From: a virus
Lineage: Duplodnaviria > Caudoviricetes
Reading direction: 5' to 3' (one strand)
IMG/VR virus record: IMGVR_UViG_3300020727_000047
Location: 1 to 35,132 of that record
DNA: 35,132 bases
Part shown: in pieces, positions 1 to 9,616 of the stretch
Layout: each line of letters starts with the position of its first letter
Position numbering within the stretch: position 1 is the stretch's first letter
Made by a program: the position numbers and the translations under genes
The notes under the pieces: generated by a model
The model's input: only the letters and a program-made list of their open reading frames with translations
Databases searched by the model: none
Told to the model about the DNA's origin: nothing

Positions 1-127
1 ACGGCGAAGTCCTCAACGGTGATCTGGTTCTTGAGCAGTTGCGAGGTGAGCGACATCAGTGACCCTTCAGCATGGCTTGCTTGTGTTTGTACGACAGGTA
101 GATCCCGATCAGCGCCATGACACCACC
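1..127. repeat. Terminal direct repeat, left copy (127 bp; probable circular-assembly overlap)
   Basis: Bases 1-127 are identical to 35006-35132. ORFs read across the join: the holin stop at 56-58 overlaps the ATG of the 82-aa ORF (54-56, equivalent to 35059-35061). Confidence 0.95.
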
Positions 128-235
128 CACCACGGCCTGCGCCTGGTCATTGGTTGCATATCCATGGGCTACGAGTACGCCAGCAAAGCCCGTCAAGGCG
201 TGGCGAATAACGGCGTCAATCATCTCTTGAAGCAT
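56..235 (-). CDS. Putative holin, 59 aa, two hydrophobic segments (absent from ORF track)
   Basis: Translated by hand: MLQEMIDAVIRHALTGFAGVLVAHGYATNDQAQAVVGGVMALIGIYLSYKHKQAMLKGH. GAGAGG RBS upstream, basic C-terminus, directly downstream of the endolysin. Confidence 0.75.
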   Translation of the reverse strand: MLQEMIDAVIRHALTGFAGVLVAHGYATNDQAQAVVGGVMALIGIYLSYKHKQAMLKGH

Positions 236-276
236 GATGCACCTCTCACGCGCGATATATCACGCAACCCCTTGAT

Positions 277-723
277 TTACAACCACACCCGTTCGTTCAG
301 CAGCATCTGCCGAGCTTGGCGTTTCCACCGGGCAGGCGTCTGACATGCTGCACGAGAGTCCAGCATATGCGCCGCCGCTCCAGACCAGTCCGCGCCCTTG
401 AGGCAAGCCAGCGTCTGGGTGAAGGTCAGCAGCCCCCCGATCCCGAGTTGGTAGGCCATCTGGACCACCACATCCTGGCGAACATCAGACAGGTCACGCC
501 ACCAAGGGATCTTCGCATCCAGCTCGCCGCAGATCATCTCGACCCGGTGGTCTAGTTCAGCATCCACTTGTGCGTCGGTCATAATCGTGTTGGGTCCGAT
601 CTCAGGCCCTGTAAAACCTACACCCACCGTCCACGGCGCCGCATGCGTCAGCGGATCGGGATAAGCGTGCAGGAACCGGCCCTCCTCGTTCTCGATGTCG
701 TCAGCGAGGAACGGCGTCGTCAC
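277..723 (-). CDS. Endolysin, phage lysozyme (GH24/T4-like muramidase)
   Basis: EEG..L.AY.D..WTVGVG pattern with the E-D-T catalytic arrangement; also MAYQLG and AAAHMLDS..A.QTP.R motifs typical of phage lysozymes. Confidence 0.88.
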   Translation of the reverse strand: MTTPFLADDIENEEGRFLHAYPDPLTHAAPWTVGVGFTGPEIGPNTIMTDAQVDAELDHRVEMICGELDAKIPWWRDLSDVRQDVVVQMAYQLGIGGLLTFTQTLACLKGADWSGAAAHMLDSRAACQTPARWKRQARQMLLNERVWL

Positions 724-956
724 TTGTCCATCTTCCCGTCGAGCTTGTCCTCAATCCTACGCAGCGTGGCGCGGACTTCGGAGATCAGGTCCTTGAGGTC
801 ATCCCGTCTAGCGTATGTGTTTGGGAGTTCCTGCACCAGATCGGTGAGGTTCTGTTCCAGAGACCGCATGTCCCGATAGAGCGTGGCGAGAAACCAACCG
901 ATCCCGGTAAAGACCAGGGCCACTGCGCCGTCAAATGCTGCTTGCCAGTCGGTCAT
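720..956 (-). CDS. Small membrane protein, 78 aa (one N-terminal TM plus coiled coil); holin/antiholin-like
   Basis: Likely start is MTDWQAAF at 956, just after the tail-fibre stop. TM segment AVALVFTGIGWFL; ATGA overlap with the endolysin start. Confidence 0.65.
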   Translation of the reverse strand: MTDWQAAFDGAVALVFTGIGWFLATLYRDMRSLEQNLTDLVQELPNTYARRDDLKDLISEVRATLRRIEDKLDGKMDK

Positions 957-958
957 GA

Positions 959-2290
959 TCAATGCCCCAAAGCGCGGATGTATATGGTAGTGGACGATCC
1001 AGAACCGTTTGTACCACCGTTGCTGGTTTGCCATAACCACGCGACCGTTGACGCATTGGTTGAGGCCGAATTGATCGTGATGATGTAGTTCAGGCTGGGA
1101 GAAAACACTGACGCCGCAGTAAATGAAATCTGCACGTTGTCCACTGCCGTCGGAAATGCAACCGGCCACGTGTAACTGCTGTTTGTGTTGATCGTCCCCG
1201 ATATTGCGGTCCACTTTTCAATGTAGCCGCCAGGAAGCGCAATCGATCCGTTAGCGCCGGTTGTGACGTTGCCCGCAATGGAGGACGGCGTCAGCACCAC
1301 ACTACCGGAAGAAGCCTTGGCTTGGGCATTAGTAGCGAGACCAGCACCCGCAAAGCTGTCCACGGTGAGACCATTGGTGACCGTTGGAGCATTCAGATAG
1401 CCGGTGGATCCCGTGTTGGACATCACCCAGCTGGTGCCGTTGTAGACACAGATGCACGTGCTGCCGGCCAAGATCTGGTTGGCAATCAGAGCCGCGCCAG
1501 CTTGGTTAACAATTGCTTTCGCCCCGAGGCCCGACACGTTCAGCGTGGACGCCGTGGTGTTGGCATTGGTTGCGATAAAAGTGATGATCTGCCCAGTGGT
1601 GAGCGCGGAAAGCACATTGGTCGGGTTGACCACGTAAGCGTTCGCGGAGCCGGTATCGGCACCATACAGAAGCTGCTGCGGGTTGACCGACAGATAGAGC
1701 GCAAAGCCACCAGCGCCCGAGTTGAGTGCGCTGTTATAAACCGCGATGACCACCTCACCGGACTGAATCTGGCCCGTCGTTGCCTGGACACCGTTGATGT
1801 AGGCATTCAGATACCCAAGCGATCCCACCTGGATGGTCACCGGCCCAGTGGAGGTGGCGGGGGCGGCGAACACATATGTGTTGTAGTTTGCATAGGCGAC
1901 GGGCGTGGGCGTGTTGTTGGTGGGCGTCAGCGCAATGGCGTTGGTTCCAGAGGCCGTGTAGCTGGTGCCGGTGAGCTGTCCGGCGGTGATGTTGTCAATG
2001 GTCCAGATCGCATTCGTGGGCGGGTCGGTATCCGTCGAGGGCGATAGCACAAACTTGTAAGCCGTGGAGTTGGTCAGCCACAGGCCCACCGAATTGCCCA
2101 GCGTGTTCTGCGGCTCACCTCGGGCATTCAGCACAATGGGGTTTGTTTGGGGAGTGGACCCCGTGGAATCCGTATAGGTCGCAAGCTTGGTCGTGGTCCC
2201 CGCTGCATAGGTATACAGCAGCCCCCCAGAGGCCGGGACGCCCTGGATCAGGAACTCAGGGATGATGCTGGGGAGCAGGGAAACGGACAT
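959..2290 (-). CDS. Tail fibre / receptor-binding protein with N-terminal virion-attachment domain
   Basis: N-terminus G.PASGGLLYTYAAGTTT.LATYTD...TNPIVLNARGE is typical of podophage fibre attachment domains. T/G/A/N-rich body; C-terminal NG.I.LPGG.I.KW...TWPVAFP fibre-tip motif. Confidence 0.8.
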   Translation of the reverse strand: MSVSLLPSIIPEFLIQGVPASGGLLYTYAAGTTTKLATYTDSTGSTPQTNPIVLNARGEPQNTLGNSVGLWLTNSTAYKFVLSPSTDTDPPTNAIWTIDNITAGQLTGTSYTASGTNAIALTPTNNTPTPVAYANYNTYVFAAPATSTGPVTIQVGSLGYLNAYINGVQATTGQIQSGEVVIAVYNSALNSGAGGFALYLSVNPQQLLYGADTGSANAYVVNPTNVLSALTTGQIITFIATNANTTASTLNVSGLGAKAIVNQAGAALIANQILAGSTCICVYNGTSWVMSNTGSTGYLNAPTVTNGLTVDSFAGAGLATNAQAKASSGSVVLTPSSIAGNVTTGANGSIALPGGYIEKWTAISGTINTNSSYTWPVAFPTAVDNVQISFTAASVFSPSLNYIITINSASTNASTVAWLWQTSNGGTNGSGSSTTIYIRALGH

Positions 2291-2298
2291 GGCTTGCC

Positions 2299-3948
2299 TT
2301 ACGTTATGTAAGTTGACGTTACGATATTATTGGAAATGAAATAAGTCGTTCCAGAAGTGCCACCGCCACTTCCGCTGCTTGGTTGCAACCGACCGTTTAC
2401 GTTTCCACTAAAATCATTGTTTGCGATGATGTAATTTGTGCACGTTGCATCAACAAAAACCAGTCCATAGCTTTGTGTGTTTGCAAATGTTGCGCTTGAA
2501 GTGCCGTTGTATGTTGGCCCGCTGCGTGTGTTTGTTACTGTCAAATTGTTTACATTTGACGCGACAACAATACCGCTTGATGTTCCCGAAGATGCGTTCG
2601 AATTTCCAGAAACAATACAGTTGTTTATGCGGATTTCTCTTGTGCCGGTGTCAAGAAATATTCCATGAGTTGCATTTTGCAAAACAGTAACGTTATTCAA
2701 CAAAAGAGATTTGGCATTTTTGATGTAAACGCCCACGTTTGCCATAGACGATGACCAACAATTGCTTAAGCTAATCCTGGCCAAAAAATTGTTTGTTCCA
2801 TCAAAAATCCAACCAGGCTGCGTTGATGCGGGACCGCCCGCACCGTCAGCCAAAACATTTTCAAAAAACAAATTGGCCAAATAAGAATGGCCCGCAACTG
2901 GAGCAACTTGAATTGGCAAATAAAATCCGGCGATATTGGCATCGCTTACGGTAATGGTGTCTCCAGATATAAAATTCAAACCGATCCCGTTGTTTGACGA
3001 GGTTCCTTGGAACGCCAATTTTTCAAAAGTAATGATGCCATATTGTTGACCGCCGGAAGATTGAGACACATCGACGGTAAATCCCGAATTTGACATAGCC
3101 GCCGCACGGATATTTCTCGCTCCGCAACTCGCGCACCCGGCTCCCCAAACCGCCAAACTGTAACCGTTTAAAAAAAAGATATTTTCCAGATCGCAAGGAC
3201 CGCCAGCAAAAATAAAAAAATAATTTGATGTAGCGTAACCTGCGCTTGGCGCAATGACGTCCATATCTTTAATAAAACACCCACCAGCTCCAGAGCTGGT
3301 CAATATTGTTCCCGAAGTGCTGTTTAATATTAGACGGGGACGACCAATGCCCTGCAACACAAGTTGATATGAACTCGACCACGTCAAACCCGTGATTTTA
3401 TATTGTCCAGGGGGAACCATGACTTGAATTGCGCCATCTCCCGCAACCGCAGAATTGATTGCGTTTTGAAATGCCGTTGAAGAATCTGCGGTGCCGCTTG
3501 GGTCCGCTCCGTAATCTAGGACACTGACCCAATCACTCAATTTAGCAGTTGCCGTTCTGCTTGTTGCGCCAGTACTAGACGCCAAATAAGACATGGCCGT
3601 TAAAGCCGCAGACGCGCTAGTCGCGCCGGTGCCGCCATTGGCGATGGGTAGCGTTCCGGTAACGCCAGTCGTCAAGGGCAATCCAGTTAGATTGGTAGCA
3701 ATGCCAGACGTAGGGGTTCCTAAAGCTGGCGTCACAAACGTGGGGCTTGTGAATGTGCCATTGGATACCGTTGGGCTTGTAATGCTTGGTGTCGTCAGCG
3801 TGGGCGAAGATAAGGTGGGATTATTGGACAACACAAGATTGCCGGTTCCGGTAAGGGTAGTCGTACCAGTCCCGCCGCCTGATGTATTTAGCACACCAGA
3901 GGAAGTGATATTTTCAGCAAACAGGGCCAAATTGCGAGGAATAGACAT
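2299..3948 (-). CDS. Tailspike / depolymerase, right-handed beta-helix (pectate-lyase-3-like)
   Basis: [32 protein letters not shown] motif followed by N/S-rich beta-helix repeats. N-terminal GGTG and xPTLT-type repeats. ATG at 3948 overlaps the upstream TGA. Confidence 0.85.
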   Translation of the reverse strand: MSIPRNLALFAENITSSGVLNTSGGGTGTTTLTGTGNLVLSNNPTLSSPTLTTPSITSPTVSNGTFTSPTFVTPALGTPTSGIATNLTGLPLTTGVTGTLPIANGGTGATSASAALTAMSYLASSTGATSRTATAKLSDWVSVLDYGADPSGTADSSTAFQNAINSAVAGDGAIQVMVPPGQYKITGLTWSSSYQLVLQGIGRPRLILNSTSGTILTSSGAGGCFIKDMDVIAPSAGYATSNYFFIFAGGPCDLENIFFLNGYSLAVWGAGCASCGARNIRAAAMSNSGFTVDVSQSSGGQQYGIITFEKLAFQGTSSNNGIGLNFISGDTITVSDANIAGFYLPIQVAPVAGHSYLANLFFENVLADGAGGPASTQPGWIFDGTNNFLARISLSNCWSSSMANVGVYIKNAKSLLLNNVTVLQNATHGIFLDTGTREIRINNCIVSGNSNASSGTSSGIVVASNVNNLTVTNTRSGPTYNGTSSATFANTQSYGLVFVDATCTNYIIANNDFSGNVNGRLQPSSGSGGGTSGTTYFISNNIVTSTYIT

Positions 3949-4589
3949 CAATTTACCCTAACCTGTACGACAGACCCATTTCTGTAAAGTTGGCCAACCT
4001 GTACACCCGCGGCTTGTGCGGCAGCATCATTTGCATAATTGCCAAGGCTGACGCTAGCTACATTGCTTAGAGAAGTCGTGGCTGCGTTGTAGATTGAAAT
4101 GGTAGAAAGGCTGAAAACGTCCAGCGTGTCGCCCGATCCAGCGGCAACGGACAGCGTGATGGTCGTGCCATTGGTCGCGGTGTAGTCGCTCGGCGCCAGC
4201 AGGACGCCGTTGAGATAAACCAGCACATAACCAGGCGTGTAATTGGCGGTGATAGTGGTCTGGCCAACCGCCGTGTTGCGAACGTAGTTCTGGCTGATGG
4301 TGTTAAGGCCAGAAGACCGATACCAATACGCAGGGGGATAGGTCGCAGGGACTACCGTACTGACGCCGCCGTCATCCGTTGCGGATCCCAGCGCATAATA
4401 GAAAAAGCCTTGCCCGCCATCATTGATGGTGGAGAACCCCCGCACATAAACCATTTGTCCAGGCGCAGCAGGAAAAGCCCGCAGCTGCGCCATATTGTCG
4501 CAAGACTGAATGAACGTGTTGAGCTGATCGCCAGTGATGGCGGTAGCCGGGGTGCCTGTGTTGTAGCTCGTCAGTTTGGGCGCGGTCAT
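3948..4589 (-). CDS. Tail-associated protein (tailspike adaptor-like), 213 aa
   Basis: MAQLRA...VYVRGF...DGGQGFFYY...DDGG motif as in tailspike N-terminal domains; [20 protein letters not shown] module; lies among tail genes. Confidence 0.65.
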   Translation of the reverse strand: MTAPKLTSYNTGTPATAITGDQLNTFIQSCDNMAQLRAFPAAPGQMVYVRGFSTINDGGQGFFYYALGSATDDGGVSTVVPATYPPAYWYRSSGLNTISQNYVRNTAVGQTTITANYTPGYVLVYLNGVLLAPSDYTATNGTTITLSVAAGSGDTLDVFSLSTISIYNAATTSLSNVASVSLGNYANDAAAQAAGVQVGQLYRNGSVVQVRVN

Positions 4590-5908
4590 GGCTGCATATC
4601 CATCGCATAGCCGAACTTGTGCAGCTCAGGCAGCTTCTTGATGACACCGTCTCCGACATCGTTGCGGACGATCATGTTGGAGAACTTGATCTTGTCCACG
4701 GCGCCATAGACCTTGTCTTTCGCCTTGGAAACCGTCTTCCCAAGTCCGGTCACCACCATAACATATTCGCCGCTGGTTTGATAAATCGGCTTCTCAACGA
4801 CCTTGCCATCCTGCATGGCCGGTCCCTTCCCGATCATCATATCCACCGGGTGTACTTGGTCCCACATCTCGTCCGCACCAGCAATCGGATTCCCCTCAAC
4901 TTCCTTGGGTTCAGCGTCACCGTAAGGATAACGAGGCTGCGCCAGCACAACACCCATGGAAACATCGCGGGAGACCTTAAGGCTGTCCTCCCCCCTCAGA
5001 AGGTCATACATCCACTGGGCAGGGTCGCAGGGGTGAGACGCGCACTGGATGAAGAACGCAGGCCAGCCCAGCCGGCACGTGAACTCAAACGGCCAAGCCT
5101 TGCCCTTGGAGTCGATCCCACAGCCGATGGCAAAGTCGCCCCGATGGCCAGCCTTCAGAAGCTCGGCTTCCATAGGCATCAGCATTTCATCCGCCATCTT
5201 GTCTTGTTCGACATACTGGCAGACGGTGCCTTGCTCTCCGGTGTTGGGGCCAAAGTTCCCAGGCATCAGCTTCTTGTGCTCAAAGCAGATTTGCCACTTG
5301 TTGGGCAGGAACCCTTCCGGTCCAAACCACCCACTCACCCCCACCTCAGCAATCATGTCGATCTTCTCTTGAAGCATGACCTGGCCCTTGGGGTTTAGCC
5401 CTTGTGCCTGCTTCCTTTGAAGCCAGCCCACCAGATCGGCAGGATCCGTGGAGACGTAGGACAGGGACTTGTCCTCGTTGTCGCCCATGGTCTTGAAGAC
5501 GTAAGACTTGTCCGATTTGCGGGCGAAGGTCTCGGCTTCTTTGAGGCTGTTGAAGACCTGATAGTCAGGGACATCAATGCCCACCCGCTTCATGGCATCC
5601 AGCCCAGCCTTGCGGTCAATCTCTAGCTTTGAGGACCGAACCGTTGGTGAGAATATTGTAAACCCCATGTCACGGTAACGATCCAGCTCGGGCATGAACT
5701 TGGCGTTGGCCGTGGTGACGATCAGGCCATTCTTTGCCCAGGACATGGACGGCTTCCAATCGTCCACAATGGTGATGCCGGGGAAGCCTTCACCGTTGCG
5801 CGTGGGTTTCTTGCTGTAGCGATACCACCGGACCTCATGCCCATAGGCTTCGCAGCGCACCGCGAAGTCGAGGCCAATGTTGTCTGCATCGATAAGCAAA
5901 ACTTTCAT
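4586..5908 (-). CDS. Divergent PurD/GAR-synthetase-fold ATP-grasp ligase
   Basis: IFSPT..SKLEIDR, EHKKL..GNFGPNTGEQG (PurD DHKR...GPNTGGMG), EFTCRLGWP (PurD EFNARFGDP) and C-terminal TSGEYV.VVTGLG.TV..A...Y.....I.F.....R.DVG. The PurD N-terminal GSGGREH loop is absent. Confidence 0.8.
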   Translation of the reverse strand: MKVLLIDADNIGLDFAVRCEAYGHEVRWYRYSKKPTRNGEGFPGITIVDDWKPSMSWAKNGLIVTTANAKFMPELDRYRDMGFTIFSPTVRSSKLEIDRKAGLDAMKRVGIDVPDYQVFNSLKEAETFARKSDKSYVFKTMGDNEDKSLSYVSTDPADLVGWLQRKQAQGLNPKGQVMLQEKIDMIAEVGVSGWFGPEGFLPNKWQICFEHKKLMPGNFGPNTGEQGTVCQYVEQDKMADEMLMPMEAELLKAGHRGDFAIGCGIDSKGKAWPFEFTCRLGWPAFFIQCASHPCDPAQWMYDLLRGEDSLKVSRDVSMGVVLAQPRYPYGDAEPKEVEGNPIAGADEMWDQVHPVDMMIGKGPAMQDGKVVEKPIYQTSGEYVMVVTGLGKTVSKAKDKVYGAVDKIKFSNMIVRNDVGDGVIKKLPELHKFGYAMDMQP

Positions 5909-6270
5909 TTGCAGATCCCGTAGCCATCAAGCCCCAGCTCATGAGCTAATAGCATTTCCATGAGCATGGAGAAACGATGCTCGCGACGGTACGGTGCGCG
6001 GGGATCATCACCCGGCTCGGCGTCATCTGGATGCAGTTTGGCCTCTAGCTCGGCTTGGAACCGCCAATCATGGGCATCCACTGCTTCTTGGGATACACCC
6101 CGCCGCTTGCAGAGGTACGCCTCCACAAGCTCATGCAGCGCGATCAGCAGGGCTTCCGGTTCATCCCCCGTCGAGCGGATATGCAGGCAGTCGTCCGCGA
6201 ACCACCAGTCACCCAGCGTATCGTAGCGTTGTTCTTCGCCAGGGATGAAGCGGATGTCTATGCGGTTCAT
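5905..6270 (-). CDS. Hypothetical protein with HExxE (HELVE) putative metal-binding, zincin-like motif
   Basis: LLIALHELVEAYL plus a downstream PY..EH; ATGA overlaps with both neighbours. Confidence 0.6.
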   Translation of the reverse strand: MNRIDIRFIPGEEQRYDTLGDWWFADDCLHIRSTGDEPEALLIALHELVEAYLCKRRGVSQEAVDAHDWRFQAELEAKLHPDDAEPGDDPRAPYRREHRFSMLMEMLLAHELGLDGYGICK

Positions 6271-8231
6271 TGTTGGCCATTGGGTGGTGGTTGCATCACA
6301 TTCCGCTGCGCCGCCAAAGCATTGAACGGACGGGTGGGCGTAGTCATTGTGGGCCGCAGCCGAGCGTAGCCCTGCTGAAGCCTCGTCACCGGATCTCGAC
6401 CAGACACCACGTCACGCAGAATCTGGTTGGCAACAGAGCCTTCTTCGCTCAACGGTGCGGTAAAGATTTCTGCCATTTCCTTCGCAAGCGTCGGGTTGCG
6501 GATTTTGTCAAAAGACCGCAGAAAATTCATGGTGCTTTCGGCAGCGCCAATCGCGTTGCCAGTTTTACCTTTGGCCAACGCCGCTGCACCGTGCTTCACC
6601 GCGTCAAAAGCGTCTGCACCTTCTTCCACCATACGTTCAGCGGTTTGAGATCCGCCCGTGATCCTTTGACCAGACAGCAGCATCTGGTTTTCCGACGTGA
6701 TGGATTCCAAAAAGGCTTTGTATTCCGCGTCCGAAATGAAAAACGGACGGATAGATTCCTGCTTGAACGGATTTTGAGCCAACCACCTGGCGCGATTAGG
6801 CGCGGCGGAATCAAGGAACCGTTGACGCAATTTGCTCGCCAAACCCATCAGCGCAAACTGCCGATCGGATTCGCTCATACCAGCAACTTTTGCAGCGTTT
6901 ACTTGCCCGCTGTTGCCCAGTGCCTGCTCGCCCACCTTGACCGCCATGATCGATTGCGAAGGCCCACCCCAAGCCTCGCGAGCGGATTTGTATCCGCCTT
7001 CGGTCGCGTCATTGGCGTCAAGCTCTTCCAGAAGTCGATTTCTCAACCCGGTAAGGATGCGGACCTCGTTCATGTTGGGGGCGGACTTGTCCAATTCGGA
7101 TTCAATCTTGGCGTCAATTTGGCGCTTGGTCATATCCAGCGCCTCCAGAGACCGATTGTATGCGGGAGGCAAACCGCGACCAGCTCGGTCGGTATTCACC
7201 AAATTCATGGCAGTGTCGTGCGCTCGCTTGCCGTATGGACTTGCCAGAATTTCATCAATGACAGGGGTGCGAATGCCGGGGTTGGCAGCGCGGGCCTTTT
7301 CATAAAGCGGAAGCGACGATTGTTCTCGGGCATTTTGCAACGTGTCGATAGTTTCAGCCGCCGACGTTCCTTGCACCTGGCGAACCACATCCTGTTCGAG
7401 GCGGGCGGCCTGCATCTGTGCACGTTGGGCCAGAAAGTTCTGGACGATGTTTTTGCCTTGGCCAGGAGAGCGGGCCACCTTGCCAGCCAGACTTTGCACG
7501 TCGGGAATGTCGACATCCATCAACGTGATTGGCTTGTCAGGATTGCGCTGAGCCACTTGAAGGATATCTGAAGCGGTTGCGTGAGCGCCCTTCGACAAAC
7601 GGTGGGCAATTTTTCTGACCGCTTCAGTGTGCGCTGCATCAGGCCCGTGCACAGCGTCAGCCATGCGGGCAATTACTCCGGTGCTTCCCTTGGCGGCAGG
7701 AGTTGTAGCTGCATCGGCGATCCGCTTGAGCGTCCGTCCGGTAGTAACAGCGGTTTTGACCAGCGGTTTGACGACAGGTTCCACAACCTTGCCCGCAACC
7801 ATGCCGGCAGGCACAGACACCGCGCCTTCCGCCACGTCCGTCGCAGCCCTTCTGCCTTGCTCGGCAAGCGTAGTTCTTGGGGCAACACGAGATTGCTGAG
7901 TGGCCCAATCATATAACTGACCGCCAAGGCCAGCGCCCAAACCGACACCCGCAGCCTCCGTTGCTATACCGCCAAGACCAAGCGTCGGGATCGCCGCCAC
8001 GCCAGCTTCCGGCAACGCCAATGCGCCACCGATGATTCCGCCCGCACCCGTCGCGAGCGCTCGACCCGTGTCGCGCCACTTGTCGGCGGCAGTTTGAGCG
8101 CGTTGAAGGGGTGGCGGTTTGGTTGCAGCTGGCGCGGCGTGTTGCTCCATTGCAATCGCAATATCCGAATCCGGCGTCCCGTCGGGAAACGTAATGAATG
8201 CGCCGTCTGGTGCTCTGACACGAATAGGCAT
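6267..8231 (-). CDS. Internal virion / DNA ejection protein (position of P22 gp16)
   Basis: 654 aa, Ala-rich and helical with Gly-rich hydrophobic stretches; N-terminal V.APDG..I.FPDGT motif; third of three genes after the tail hub. Confidence 0.65.
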   Translation of the reverse strand: MPIRVRAPDGAFITFPDGTPDSDIAIAMEQHAAPAATKPPPLQRAQTAADKWRDTGRALATGAGGIIGGALALPEAGVAAIPTLGLGGIATEAAGVGLGAGLGGQLYDWATQQSRVAPRTTLAEQGRRAATDVAEGAVSVPAGMVAGKVVEPVVKPLVKTAVTTGRTLKRIADAATTPAAKGSTGVIARMADAVHGPDAAHTEAVRKIAHRLSKGAHATASDILQVAQRNPDKPITLMDVDIPDVQSLAGKVARSPGQGKNIVQNFLAQRAQMQAARLEQDVVRQVQGTSAAETIDTLQNAREQSSLPLYEKARAANPGIRTPVIDEILASPYGKRAHDTAMNLVNTDRAGRGLPPAYNRSLEALDMTKRQIDAKIESELDKSAPNMNEVRILTGLRNRLLEELDANDATEGGYKSAREAWGGPSQSIMAVKVGEQALGNSGQVNAAKVAGMSESDRQFALMGLASKLRQRFLDSAAPNRARWLAQNPFKQESIRPFFISDAEYKAFLESITSENQMLLSGQRITGGSQTAERMVEEGADAFDAVKHGAAALAKGKTGNAIGAAESTMNFLRSFDKIRNPTLAKEMAEIFTAPLSEEGSVANQILRDVVSGRDPVTRLQQGYARLRPTMTTPTRPFNALAAQRNVMQPPPNGQQ

Positions 8232-9613
8232 TAGCGTTGCACCTTCTCAGTTTTTTTGGTTGCCGGATTCCAAACGTATTCGGTCACGCCAGCTGGCGCG
8301 GCAGGCGCAGTGCCATCCGGCGGCATCTCTTCAGCAGCGGATTCCTTGGCGGACGCCTTAATCGCGGAAATCTCCGACAAGAGTTGCTCGCCCTTCGCCC
8401 TGGCGTCGGCAGGGCTGGTGATGCCGAGCAGATCTCTGGCATGCTTGCGTGTCTCAGCGTCACCCGCACCCGTCGGTGCAAGAGACCGGGCGTAAGCACC
8501 CGCGACAGCATTTGCCGCCAGCAGGGCTTTGCTGACGGCAGGGTCGCTGACTTGCGTCTTGCCGGCCAGAAGTGCGTCACGAAACATCTTCACTTGCGGC
8601 AAGTTGAGAGCCGACACCCGATCCACATATTGCGGAATCAGGCCTTTGGTCTCGTTGCTGTAGTAGTCCATCTGGCTTTTCAGCGTGGCGGTCCGTGCCA
8701 TGCCCTTGCCTGATGCTTGATCGGCCAGGATCTCAGCGGATGTAGGTTCGCGTCCGTTCTTGGCTTTGAACTCTCGCCTGAACGCACCAGCCGCCATCTG
8801 GGCGTATGTCGGTGCGCGTCCGGTCTGCTTTTCAACAGATTCTGGCGCTTTGATCGGGGTTCCATCAAGCGTGGACGCCTTACCCGTTCTGGCGTTGTAT
8901 CGGATCGTGGCGCCGGTGGTCGGGTCGTTCATAACCGTCCAACCGGATTCCGCCTCCTTCTGACGTTCAAACTGGAGGCGAGCGCCCTCAATGCCGACCC
9001 GTTTCGTCTCAATGCCTTCCTTAAAGGTTTGTTCCCGCCGCTTTTCCTGCCGGTCAAGATAATCCTTGGACGCCACGGAGAACGTGCCAGGATCGAACTG
9101 GCGAGGCATCTTGTGGCCCTTGGGCGCGATCTCACTGAGGTCGGCAAAGTCCTGATCCCAGACCTTCTGCGCGGCTGCTTGCTTCTCACCAACAGAACCT
9201 TTGGTGCTGGTATAAGCTTCCATGGCTCGGCCGGCAGCGTCGTGCTGGGCTTCCTCAAACTTCATCATCCGCTCGGATTCTTTGGCATCCGTTTCGGCTT
9301 GAAGCTTAGTGGTCTCGGCCGTCAATTTGTCTTGCTCTAGGTTGCCTTTGACCAACGCAGAATACGCATTGAAGTCCAAGCCTCGGATCTTGGCGAGCGT
9401 GTTTGCATCGACCTTTTGACCCGGCTCATAACTTGATTGAGCCAAGACGTCCTGAATGGCATTGGCCTTCTGCGAAGCAGCTTGCGCCGCCTGCATTTCC
9501 ATCTGCTGGGCTTTAAGCTTTTGCAGCATGTTCGCTTGGTTCATTGCATTCGACGGATCGAATTGCGGGAACTGCGTGTTCAACATGCCGTAGATTGAGG
9601 TGTCGAGCGCCAT
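8231..9613 (-). CDS. Internal virion / DNA ejection protein (position of P22 gp20)
   Basis: 460 aa, Q/A/E/K-rich and helical; lies between the gp7-like and gp16-like genes. Confidence 0.6.
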   Translation of the reverse strand: MALDTSIYGMLNTQFPQFDPSNAMNQANMLQKLKAQQMEMQAAQAASQKANAIQDVLAQSSYEPGQKVDANTLAKIRGLDFNAYSALVKGNLEQDKLTAETTKLQAETDAKESERMMKFEEAQHDAAGRAMEAYTSTKGSVGEKQAAAQKVWDQDFADLSEIAPKGHKMPRQFDPGTFSVASKDYLDRQEKRREQTFKEGIETKRVGIEGARLQFERQKEAESGWTVMNDPTTGATIRYNARTGKASTLDGTPIKAPESVEKQTGRAPTYAQMAAGAFRREFKAKNGREPTSAEILADQASGKGMARTATLKSQMDYYSNETKGLIPQYVDRVSALNLPQVKMFRDALLAGKTQVSDPAVSKALLAANAVAGAYARSLAPTGAGDAETRKHARDLLGITSPADARAKGEQLLSEISAIKASAKESAAEEMPPDGTAPAAPAGVTEYVWNPATKKTEKVQR

Positions 9614-9616
9614 TGG

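Noticed and set aside
221-235. Holin dual-start motif (M1-L-Q-E-M5)
   Set aside because: There is no basic residue between the two Met codons as in lambda S107/S105, so the evidence is insufficient.
4586-5908. Calling the gene purD, a purine-synthesis auxiliary metabolic gene
   Set aside because: The substrate-binding loops differ from PurD and the context is virion genes, so no gene symbol was assigned.
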